From the IMG/VR virus record IMGVR_UViG_3300027668_000074, positions 1-28,304 of that record: a stretch of 28,304 nt of DNA; one strand, written 5' to 3'. Positions 10,164 through 17,139 of the stretch are shown here, piece after piece. The stretch is from a virus. Lineage: Duplodnaviria; Caudoviricetes. The notes under the pieces were generated by a model. That model saw nothing but the letters and a program-made list of their open reading frames with translations. It did no database searches and was not told the DNA's origin. The first letter of the stretch is position 1, and the number at the start of each line of letters is the position of its first letter. The position numbers and the translations under genes are program-made.

Positions 10164-10474
10164 TATTCCATGAATAGTGGCCCATCTCTATTTACGTTTA
10201 CATCATTAGTTTGAACTGCTTTTCCGTAAGCCGAATCCATTAAAGATTCGTAAGCTCTTACATCACTTGCGCGCATCTTTTTAATTAAAGCCAGTGTTCC
10301 AATATCTTCTTGAGTTAGTTCTTCAATTTCTCCAGTTATGGGGTTTTTAAATTTCTCTGGAGTTTCCAGCCACTTCTTTGCAATTGTGCTTCTGTTCTTT
10401 GTTCCTACTGGTCTGCCAGCTGGGTTTCCAGATTCTCCTTTTTTAAAAGGTTTTAAATTTTCTTCGTTAGCCAT
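10163..10474 (-). CDS. terS: Terminase small subunit
   Basis: N-terminal 'NLKPFKKGESGNPAGRP' motif, 'LMDSAYGKAVQ'; TAATG-coupled to terL. Confidence 0.8.
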   Translation of the reverse strand: MANEENLKPFKKGESGNPAGRPVGTKNRSTIAKKWLETPEKFKNPITGEIEELTQEDIGTLALIKKMRASDVRAYESLMDSAYGKAVQTNDVNVNRDGPLFME

Positions 10475-10475
10475 T

Positions 10476-11309
10476 TTATTTTTTAATTGGGTTTATATTG
10501 TTGGCTCTTTTTATTGCCCTTTGAGTTGAAACTTTTTGAAGCCTTTCAACTTCTTTTTTATAGGGGTAGCAATGCTTCATTTGTTCAAGAGAGTAATATA
10601 CTATTGAAGCCCTGTAGGGTTTTTCTTTTGTTTGGTATATTGGCATAACGCCGTGAATTTCTGTCTGCCCATCAAATATTGCTAAATATCCGTCCTCTTG
10701 AGATAAAGCAAAACCATATTCTGGAAATACTAATTGACCGCCAATTATTCCATCCCTAAGTATTAAAACATTAGATAAGTTTTTTTTAAAATTGCCTGAA
10801 TCTCTGTGGTATTTTATTGCGTGATTTACGTTTATATTGCAAGTTAAAAAAGGAGAGTTTTTGTCAATAGCATAATCTTTAACTACGCTTTCTTTAATTA
10901 CTTTAATATCTCTATTGTATTGCTCTGGTAAATATTTTTTATAAACTTCTATTAAATCAGACATAAAAGTAAACATTACATTTGTGTTTTGTTTTTCTTT
11001 TCTTGTATGCGAAGAAAACCTACAGAAGTCGTTTCTTCTTGCTATTCTAGGCAACGAACCGAAAATACTGCTCTGAGTTGGCAATCCTCTCGTTCTTGAG
11101 CTTTTAGAAAGTTTTGTTGAAATTGCTGCCTTTCTAACTGGTAATAATTTTTTATTTTCAATCTTAATATATACGCCTACAGCTTTTCCGTCTTTTACAA
11201 AAACGCAATCTTCTGAAATTACTTTGTTGTAATGTTCTTTTTTTGGAGTAGTTTTTAAAAGCTCCTTGCAGTCTTTTATTTTATTAAGATTTATCTTTTT
11301 CAATTTCAA
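10476..11309 (-). CDS. TET/JBP-like Fe(II)/2-oxoglutarate dioxygenase
   Basis: H168-R-D170 (YHRDSGN), GGQLVFPE, IFDG, H219 (IHGVMPI), R233-x-S235 (RASIVYY); TTG start. Confidence 0.8.
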   Translation of the reverse strand: MKLKKINLNKIKDCKELLKTTPKKEHYNKVISEDCVFVKDGKAVGVYIKIENKKLLPVRKAAISTKLSKSSRTRGLPTQSSIFGSLPRIARRNDFCRFSSHTRKEKQNTNVMFTFMSDLIEVYKKYLPEQYNRDIKVIKESVVKDYAIDKNSPFLTCNINVNHAIKYHRDSGNFKKNLSNVLILRDGIIGGQLVFPEYGFALSQEDGYLAIFDGQTEIHGVMPIYQTKEKPYRASIVYYSLEQMKHCYPYKKEVERLQKVSTQRAIKRANNINPIKK

Positions 11310-11871
11310 TTAGTTTTAAAATAAATTGCGAGTAATCTTCAAGCCCTAAATCTTTTACCTTTTTATTTAACCACTCTACAACCTTTTCAAATGTTTCGGA
11401 ATCATAAACTAAATACAGCCTTTTTATTTCTGAGTTCATAAAATTGTCAAGTTCAAGCTCTGGGTTTGCTCCATTATAGCTGTCTGTATTGCTAAGATTG
11501 TCTTGAAAAACAGGCATATTCAAACCCCAGTCTTCCAACTCTTTTGTCTCCCATTCATTGGCAACCATGTCCCAATCCCAATCTCCAAAACCTACGTTGT
11601 CCTTTACTATAAATTCTCTCTGTTGTTTCACTGTTAATCCGCTTGCTTTAATAATTGAAACTTCTTTTAATCCAGCCTCTTTACAAGCTTTTAATCTCAT
11701 ATTACCACCCAACACAATTAAGTCATCATTAACTACAATAGGTCTAATCTTAAGCATCTCTGGAAACTCTTTGATTGACTTAACCAGTTTATGAAATTTA
11801 TCATCCTTTATTAACCTAGGGTTGTCTGGATTTGATTTTATTTTATATAGTTTAATAGTTTCTGTTTTCAC
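11284..11871 (-). CDS. ParB/Srx N-terminal domain protein
   Basis: 'NPDNPRLI', 'RPIVVN...LGGNMRLKA', 'FIVKDN...GDWDWD'; start moved to GTG 11871 (GTGA overlap with upstream stop) instead of 11889. Confidence 0.88.
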   Translation of the reverse strand: MKTETIKLYKIKSNPDNPRLIKDDKFHKLVKSIKEFPEMLKIRPIVVNDDLIVLGGNMRLKACKEAGLKEVSIIKASGLTVKQQREFIVKDNVGFGDWDWDMVANEWETKELEDWGLNMPVFQDNLSNTDSYNGANPELELDNFMNSEIKRLYLVYDSETFEKVVEWLNKKVKDLGLEDYSQFILKLIEIEKDKS

Positions 11872-12059
11872 GAGCCACAGTTTAGGCAATCCTCATTGTC
11901 AATTTCACAATCTCTAACTGGTTCTTTCATTACATTAGCATCAATTATCACTTGTCTTAATTTATCTCCAAACACTTGGTTATTTGGGTTGAAAACATGG
12001 AGTGAATGTATTTGTCTCAATATTTCCAGATGTAGTTTTGCTTCTTTTTCAGTTATCAT
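11868..12059 (-). CDS. Small hypothetical protein with C-terminal CxxCGS
   Basis: 63 aa, ends RDCEIDNEDCLNCGS; coupled to ParB-like gene. Confidence 0.7.
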   Translation of the reverse strand: MITEKEAKLHLEILRQIHSLHVFNPNNQVFGDKLRQVIIDANVMKEPVRDCEIDNEDCLNCGS

Positions 12060-12171
12060 TTTTATTATTATTTATATATTTTATTAGCATTGCTAAATCC
12101 TTTTTTTGCTCTTGTTTAGTGAGGTATTTTTTAAGTTTAAATTTTAATTTCTTGGCGATGTTTCTGTTCAT
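12049..12171 (-). CDS. Small basic hypothetical protein (40 aa)
   Basis: Manual ORF MNRNIAKKLKFKLKKYLTKQEQKKDLAMLIKYINNNKNDN; ATGA overlap upstream, fills operon gap. Confidence 0.55.
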   Translation of the reverse strand: MNRNIAKKLKFKLKKYLTKQEQKKDLAMLIKYINNNKNDN

Positions 12172-12518
12172 ATTTCTTTTATTGGTAATAAAATACCCTT
12201 GCTTGTATTATTGTCTCCACCTTTTATGTCTCTTTTAGTGTTTAAATATTTTCTACACTTTTGTTTTAAATAATTAGTTGATACCAGTCTTATATTATGT
12301 TCATTTATCCATATAGCATACCAGTCAGACTCTGTGGTCGATAATCCGCTTTTCTTATTGCTTCTTAAATTGAAATATTCTATGAATACATTACCAGTTT
12401 TATGAGCCAGTAAATCTTTCTTGCATTCAATAGATTTATTTTCAAATACATAGGAAAGTTGCTTTTCAAAGACTTGCCCAACTTCTAAATCATGTGAAAA
12501 ATTACTGTTGTATTTCAT
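12168..12518 (-). CDS. Putative PD-(D/E)XK nuclease-like protein
   Basis: 116 aa; 'IECKKD...TGNVFIEY...SGLSTTESDWY', 'GGDNNTSKGILLP'. Confidence 0.6.
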   Translation of the reverse strand: MKYNSNFSHDLEVGQVFEKQLSYVFENKSIECKKDLLAHKTGNVFIEYFNLRSNKKSGLSTTESDWYAIWINEHNIRLVSTNYLKQKCRKYLNTKRDIKGGDNNTSKGILLPIKEI

Positions 12519-12864
12519 TTTTATAAGCTTTGTATAGTTCTTCGATATCAGAATACAATCCCTTCACGCATGAGCCGCAACTTGACTCTTTCTTGTTCCT
12601 ATTGTAAATCCTATTATGTATGTCAATCATTTTTCTTTGCTCGTCCCTTGTTATATGTGAAGTGTAGTTTTGAAAATACGTGTCGCACCATTCAAATTCT
12701 TCTGCATTGATACATTCTTGAGTTTTGTAGGGTAGAAGCTTATTAAGCTTTTCTCTTCGCTCATCACAACCGCAATCCTCTCCAAATATTTTTTTAACAA
12801 CTGATTTAATTCCTGTTTTTGTGGTGATTTTATCTATAGTATCCCCGAATCCTTTACTTTTCAT
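12502..12864 (-). CDS. Cys-containing hypothetical phage protein
   Basis: 120 aa; 'KGFGDTIDKIT..TGIK', 'DCGCDERREKLN', 'SCGSC' possible metal binding. Confidence 0.75.
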   Translation of the reverse strand: MKSKGFGDTIDKITTKTGIKSVVKKIFGEDCGCDERREKLNKLLPYKTQECINAEEFEWCDTYFQNYTSHITRDEQRKMIDIHNRIYNRNKKESSCGSCVKGLYSDIEELYKAYKNEIQQ

Positions 12865-13415
12865 CGTTTCATTTTATTTTTAATTTCTTTTTTGCAAGCG
12901 TTTATATGCTTCCAGACAGTCATGTAACTAATTGTCGTTGCCTTAGATAAATCTCTAATTGATTGGAATTTCTTTGTGTATAGTTTGAAGAGCTTTTTAT
13001 GAAACCAGTCAAACCCATTAATTATGTTGTCAATTTTTTCATAAAACTCAGCTGCACTTTCAAGGTCTTCGTTGTAATATTCGTTATTTGAGTATTGAAC
13101 CTTTTGAGTTTGCGTTGAAACATATTCAGTATTTGGTCCTGTTTTTAAAATAATGTGATTTGATTTATCTCTATAAATATTTGCAACTATATCCCTAAGT
13201 GTCATATAGATAATTCCGTAATGAGGTTTACCCTTTACTATTATATCTGCAGATTTTAATTTATTTTTATTTAATTTCTCGTAAATCTTTATATACATTG
13301 TCTGGACTACATCTTCTGGCGGAGATAATCTATAGGCTGGAAGCATTTTTTCTGTCATTAAAACCCAAGTCTTATGACTCTTGTGCAACCTCTCTAAAAC
13401 TTGATTATTTGTCAT
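12861..13415 (-). CDS. Sigma-70/ECF-like transcription factor
   Basis: Region-2-like 'EDVVQTMYIKI' and region-4-like HTH 'SIRDLSKATTISYMTVWKHINACKKEIK'. Confidence 0.65.
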   Translation of the reverse strand: MTNNQVLERLHKSHKTWVLMTEKMLPAYRLSPPEDVVQTMYIKIYEKLNKNKLKSADIIVKGKPHYGIIYMTLRDIVANIYRDKSNHIILKTGPNTEYVSTQTQKVQYSNNEYYNEDLESAAEFYEKIDNIINGFDWFHKKLFKLYTKKFQSIRDLSKATTISYMTVWKHINACKKEIKNKMKR

Positions 13416-13806
13416 TATTTAATTTTATATATTTCAATATGACTTCAACCAAATAAAGCCTTGACCATTTATAGCCTGACTTTTTTGCCATTTGTGTATT
13501 GAGAGTAATTTTATTGAATCTTTCTACTCCAATTTTGTGAATTAAATTGGTTCTGTATGGTAATAAATTAGCAGATAAATAGTAATTGCATTTAACGCAT
13601 TGTCCGTGAACATTGTCTTCGTTAAATCTTACTGAAGGGTGGTTACCAGCACTATAAAAGTGTCCAGCTTGGAGGGTGGTGTATTTGCCACAAGAAATAC
13701 AAGGTTTGTTTTTATCCCTGTTTCTAATAAACTTGTGAAAGTGTCTTACTGCAATAGTTTTTAACTGAGATGCAGACTTTAATAATAACTTTTCTTTTGT
13801 TGCCAT
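13405..13806 (-). CDS. ninG: NinG/Rap-family HNH-like endonuclease
   Basis: 'FIRNRD..PCISCG...AGHF....RFNEDNVHGQCVKCN'. Confidence 0.9.
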   Translation of the reverse strand: MATKEKLLLKSASQLKTIAVRHFHKFIRNRDKNKPCISCGKYTTLQAGHFYSAGNHPSVRFNEDNVHGQCVKCNYYLSANLLPYRTNLIHKIGVERFNKITLNTQMAKKSGYKWSRLYLVEVILKYIKLNNDK

Positions 13807-13829
13807 CGAAAAACGATAGCTAGGCGAAG

Positions 13830-13908
13830 CGAATATACAAAAAAATTATATATTTCTTATATTTATTTTATAAAAATTATATATTTCTTATAAATTTTAC
13901 TATATTTG
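13830..13908. promoter_or_regulatory. Divergent Bacteroidota-type -7 promoter boxes flanking a 21-bp direct repeat
   Basis: Minus TATATTCG 13837-13830 (towards ninG); plus TATATTTG 13901-13908; AAAAATTATATATTTCTTATA at 13841-13861 and 13872-13892. Confidence 0.55.
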
Positions 13909-13912
13909 ACTG

Positions 13913-14005
13913 GCTTTCTGGTCAAGGTTATTATTTTTTCTGTTTACAAAAGGGGTTTTATTATAGGGTTTATTGAATTACTTCCCTATTTTAAAGCCCC
14001 TTTTT
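13913..14005 (+). ncRNA. Candidate small RNA 1
   Basis: Follows TATATTTG box; U-rich linker; long terminal hairpin with G-U pair favouring + strand, then T5; ends approximate. Confidence 0.4.
13948..14005 (+). terminator. Intrinsic terminator-like hairpin (possibly bidirectional)
   Basis: AAAAGGGGTTTTA-TT-ATAGGG...CCCTAT-TT-TAAAGCCCCTTTTT. Confidence 0.65.
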
Positions 14006-14114
14006 AATTTGTTTCAAACCAAATAGTTGTTTCATCTCTAGCAACTTCGAAAGCATCTGTGCTATTTAAGATATAGTTTAAGGATTCTTCCCATCCGTTT
14101 AAGTAATATATCAT
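14004..14114 (-). CDS. Small hypothetical protein (36 aa)
   Basis: Manual ORF MIYYLNGWEESLNYILNSTDAFEVARDETTIWFETN; starts 5 nt after upstream stop, ends at hairpin. Confidence 0.5.
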   Translation of the reverse strand: MIYYLNGWEESLNYILNSTDAFEVARDETTIWFETN

Positions 14115-14119
14115 ATCTC

Positions 14120-14359
14120 TTATTTATGCTCTGCAAAATCTGTTGTATGCAGTTGTATTGATAATCCATTTGGGCAACATGGCGCTTCTAAATCAAGCTC
14201 TAAGCAATCCATGTACTTAGTACCATCTTCATGAACTTTTGGAGTTGGAACAAATAAATCTGGAGCTAGTAAGGTTATTAATTGTGCTTTGTCGATTAAT
14301 GTAGCATTTTCTAAAAAAGCATTTATCAATTCAAAGTTTGGTTCTTGTTGTTCTTTCAT
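14120..14359 (-). CDS. Hypothetical protein (79 aa)
   Basis: ORF track; TAATG coupling with upstream RHH-like ORF. Confidence 0.7.
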   Translation of the reverse strand: MKEQQEPNFELINAFLENATLIDKAQLITLLAPDLFVPTPKVHEDGTKYMDCLELDLEAPCCPNGLSIQLHTTDFAEHK

Positions 14360-14487
14360 TACTTTTTATTTTTAACATGTTCAGTTAATAATTCTTCAAG
14401 GTATAACTTAAATGTTTTTTTCTCTCTAATAGCTAGTATCTTTAATTCCATAGCTGTTTCTTCTTTAATGTCAATTAGTTTCTTCAT
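14359..14487 (-). CDS. Putative ribbon-helix-helix DNA-binding protein (42 aa)
   Basis: Manual ORF MKKLIDIKEETAMELKILAIREKKTFKLYLEELLTEHVKNKK: alternating N-terminal strand plus two amphipathic helices. Confidence 0.6.
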   Translation of the reverse strand: MKKLIDIKEETAMELKILAIREKKTFKLYLEELLTEHVKNKK

Positions 14488-14500
14488 TGTTATTGGTTTT

Positions 14501-14590
14501 AATAAAATGCAAGGTTTAAATCAGTTTGTCATTATCTCGTGGGATAGTCGATTTAAGTGCAGATTTTCGCCTGTCCCTTGCATTGTTATT
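14501..14590. other. Multi-stem structured element (candidate RNA motif)
   Basis: AATGCAAGG(14506-14514)/CCTTGCATT(14576-14584); inner TTAAATC/GATTTAA, TATC/GATA and CAG/CTG stems. Confidence 0.5.
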
Positions 14591-14596
14591 TATTTG

Positions 14597-14713
14597 TTAT
14601 AGTCTATCTTCCAAGTCACTTAGTAGGTCGAGCATTTCAGCTCTAACTAGTCCGTCAGATACATTCGATTCTATTAGGTTATACATTTCTTGTGTTAATT
14701 GTTCGTTAGTCAT
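14597..14713 (-). CDS. Small acidic hypothetical protein (38 aa)
   Basis: Manual ORF MTNEQLTQEMYNLIESNVSDGLVRAEMLDLLSDLEDRL with A-rich leader. Confidence 0.6.
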   Translation of the reverse strand: MTNEQLTQEMYNLIESNVSDGLVRAEMLDLLSDLEDRL

Positions 14714-14824
14714 AATATTTTGTTTTAAAAATTAAAAGGGTTTTGCTACTTTTCCGTTTATAAATATACTGTTCGTATATTGGGAATTTAACTCTGTTTT
14801 TTATCTTCTCCCTTTTAACTTTTA

Positions 14825-14971
14825 TTATCTTGATTTGATTTCTTTAATAACAAATTTTAATATTTTATTATTTATTTTATTTGGGGTTTCTTGTAAATGT
14901 TGATAATGTTCCCAAAGGTCTTTTATGCCCCAGTTTTTAAAAATATTTTGGCTTATTATTATTGATTTCAT
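14825..14971 (-). CDS. Small hypothetical protein (48 aa)
   Basis: Start moved to ATG 14971 (MKSIIISQ...), downstream of a consensus promoter and A-rich leader. Confidence 0.55.
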   Translation of the reverse strand: MKSIIISQNIFKNWGIKDLWEHYQHLQETPNKINNKILKFVIKEIKSR

Positions 14972-14994
14972 TTCTTTTAATTTTAATTTCAGTT

Positions 14995-15026
14995 CAAACA
15001 TATAACAAAATATATTAATAAACAAA
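14995..15026 (-). promoter_or_regulatory. Bacteroidota sigma70 promoter
   Basis: TTTG(15026-15023)-N20-TATGTTTG(15002-14995), matching TTTG-N19-21-TAnnTTTG. Confidence 0.7.
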
Positions 15027-15046
15027 TATATTTTAATATATTTTAA

Positions 15047-15142
15047 TTATTCCATTAATATTTGCCACATTCTTGTAAGAATAAACCCAAGAACTATTGC
15101 TAGTAAATGGGATATTAAAACCTGTATAAACAAAACTTCCAT
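15047..15142 (-). CDS. Small membrane peptide (31 aa)
   Basis: Manual ORF MEVLFIQVLISHLLAIVLGFILTRMWQILME; TAATG-coupled. Confidence 0.55.
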   Translation of the reverse strand: MEVLFIQVLISHLLAIVLGFILTRMWQILME

Positions 15143-15558
15143 TAAAATGGCAAATCGTTTGACTCAGCACCTACAGGAACAAATCCTTCCTTTTTTTCTA
15201 AATGTGTTGGTTCTTCTGGGTTTAATTGTGTAACTCCCCAGCATGAAACATTTGTGAAGTACCTTTCCCCAGCTTTGTTGCTGTTTAAATTGAGTTTAAA
15301 CTCATATATTCCATCAATTAACAAATCTTTTACTAAATCGCCCTTATCTTTTAAAAAGTCTATTTGTAAGAGTTTAGGATATTCACTTTTTATGTCACTG
15401 TTTTGGTCTATAATAATTGACCTTTTATAAAAACCGCTATCAAATTTTTCAGTTTCTTTTATTTCTTTTATTACTCCTCTTGTTTCTATTTTATTCATTT
15501 TTATTTTTATTGGTTTACATTGGTAATCTGACATCCATTGCCATTCTTTTTTTATCAT
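15142..15558 (-). CDS. DUF3127-like putative single-stranded DNA-binding protein
   Basis: 'SGFYKRSII..YPK..IDF.KDK', 'RYFTNVSCW', acidic tail ending NDLPF; alternative start 15498. Confidence 0.75.
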   Translation of the reverse strand: MIKKEWQWMSDYQCKPIKIKMNKIETRGVIKEIKETEKFDSGFYKRSIIIDQNSDIKSEYPKLLQIDFLKDKGDLVKDLLIDGIYEFKLNLNSNKAGERYFTNVSCWGVTQLNPEEPTHLEKKEGFVPVGAESNDLPF

Positions 15559-16049
15559 TTTTTATGTTGAGCACTTAATGATTCGTTTCTAAGGGAGGAA
15601 AATTCTGTCCTACTATTTAAATGCTTTGTAAAAAATCCTAATATTTTTGGTGGATTAAGTGATTCATATAACTCTCCGTATGTTCCATTTAAAATTTTGT
15701 CACAGGAAAACCTTATGTCTGAAATTTTTAATTGATTTAATGGGTATTTAACACATTCTTTAGAAACAAATTCAATTTGGATTTTACTCATTGGCCTTTT
15801 TAATCCAAGTATGTCATTAAGCCTAATTAATTCTAAAGAGATATATGCAATTGTTTTTTCTTCTCCGTAATTTGTTAACATATTAAGCATGGAAATAGAG
15901 GTTGAGTCTGCACAATCTTCAATGTTTTTTATTTCTGAATTATCGCTAGATAAACTTTTGAGCAAACTCCTGTTTGAGCTTGTCGTAATTTGATTCTTTT
16001 TTATTGCTTCCATTTTGTGTTTGGGGTTTAAAAATTCCTTTGTATCCAT
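15555..16049 (-). CDS. Replication-module hypothetical protein
   Basis: Follows initiator; 'GTYGELYESLNPPKILGFF'; likely start 16013. Confidence 0.6.
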   Translation of the reverse strand: MDTKEFLNPKHKMEAIKKNQITTSSNRSLLKSLSSDNSEIKNIEDCADSTSISMLNMLTNYGEEKTIAYISLELIRLNDILGLKRPMSKIQIEFVSKECVKYPLNQLKISDIRFSCDKILNGTYGELYESLNPPKILGFFTKHLNSRTEFSSLRNESLSAQHKK

Positions 16050-16653
16050 TAGCCATAGAGTATTCTATTGCTTCTACAGCCTCCGATTCATTATCGTAGT
16101 CTTCGCCTATCCTTTTAAGTAAAGCTTGCTCGCTAACTAAAGATTTAAATTTGAATTTATGTTGGTCAATCTTGTACTGTTTCCAGATTTTAATTATCTC
16201 TTTAAAACTGGAAGAGTCAAAAGGATAAACCAAAACTTTTTTTAATTCAAAATTTTTCTTTTTATTAATATCATTTACATTATCATCAACATCTACATCT
16301 ACATCTACATCTACATCTTCAGCTTGTTTGGGTTGTTTATTTAACCTTTGGGTTGTTTGGGTTGTTTTTTGTGCGTTTTTATTGCCTTTTGGTGCGCCTC
16401 CTTTTGTGCCATTTTCTACTTGCTTATGCTTATTGATATAAGCATCATACTTTTTTAAATCTCTTTTTAATTGTTGCTTAATAGGTATAAAGCACATCTT
16501 AGTTAACCTATCTGGATTCTCTGGCTCTAAGTCGTTGACATATCTAAACAAATGCTTTACAAGTTTCCCAGCTTCCTCGTTTGATAGTTCCTCAAAAGAC
16601 TCAATCCATTCACAATAAGCCACAAATGATTTTTTATTAGTTGCCATTTTCAA
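15946..16653 (-). CDS. DUF6291-type putative replication initiator
   Basis: 'KKSFVAYCEW...LSNEEAGKLVKHLFRY', 'NGTKGGAPKGNKNA', DVDVDV linker, C-terminal 'AIEYSMANGYKGIF'. Confidence 0.75.
   Translation of the reverse strand: MKMATNKKSFVAYCEWIESFEELSNEEAGKLVKHLFRYVNDLEPENPDRLTKMCFIPIKQQLKRDLKKYDAYINKHKQVENGTKGGAPKGNKNAQKTTQTTQRLNKQPKQAEDVDVDVDVDVDDNVNDINKKKNFELKKVLVYPFDSSSFKEIIKIWKQYKIDQHKFKFKSLVSEQALLKRIGEDYDNESEAVEAIEYSMANGYKGIFKPQTQNGSNKKESNYDKLKQEFAQKFI
16289..16367. repeat. In-gene repeats: (ACATCT)5 and 3x TTTGGGTTGTTT
   Basis: ACATCT x5 at 16289-16318; TTTGGGTTGTTT at 16327, 16347, 16356. Confidence 0.85.
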
Positions 16654-17086
16654 TATTTAATACTAAATTCTTAATGTCTTCATCACTAAAAAACATGATT
16701 TTGTTAGTAATATTTGAGATTACTTCTTTTTTCATCTTGCTTATATCTCCAATAGTTTTTACTTTATTGCTAGATTTTATTTTGTCAAAACATTCCATAG
16801 ATATTTCTCTAAAATTCTGGTGGTTTATCAAAAATTTATCGTGAAATAAACAAGCTCGTAAAACAGATTGTTTGTAGGTCACACCGTTAAATCCTCCTAC
16901 TTTAGCAATAGCCTTAAATTTTTCATCATTAAAAAATAATGCGTGTTTGCAATATATTTTATAAACAAAACTTTCTAAATAGTATTTTGAAACTTCTTTA
17001 CTTAGGACAACATCAACTACTATTTTGTAAATTTCTTTTATTGATAATAGATTTTGAGCTTTGATTATTTGTTCTTTTAATTCCAT
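16637..17086 (-). CDS. Hypothetical protein (149 aa)
   Basis: ORF in early operon with A-rich leader. Confidence 0.7.
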   Translation of the reverse strand: MELKEQIIKAQNLLSIKEIYKIVVDVVLSKEVSKYYLESFVYKIYCKHALFFNDEKFKAIAKVGGFNGVTYKQSVLRACLFHDKFLINHQNFREISMECFDKIKSSNKVKTIGDISKMKKEVISNITNKIMFFSDEDIKNLVLNIENGN

Positions 17087-17139
17087 TTTTTTTTAATATT
17101 TTAGGAGGGCTTCAAACTGCCTAGCCTCGCCCCCCATGT

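Noticed and set aside
11284-11320. ParB-TET fusion by -1 frameshift
   Set aside because: TET frame is +1 relative to ParB and has a TAA directly before its TTG; independent initiation is simpler
14490-14530. SAM-II riboswitch or hammerhead ribozyme (CTGATTTAAACC on minus strand)
   Set aside because: Lacks downstream GCTAAA of SAM-II and CTGAnGA core of hammerhead
14709-14830. Stop-free frames in this spacer
   Set aside because: No ATG/GTG/TTG start and no slippery site linking to the upstream ORF
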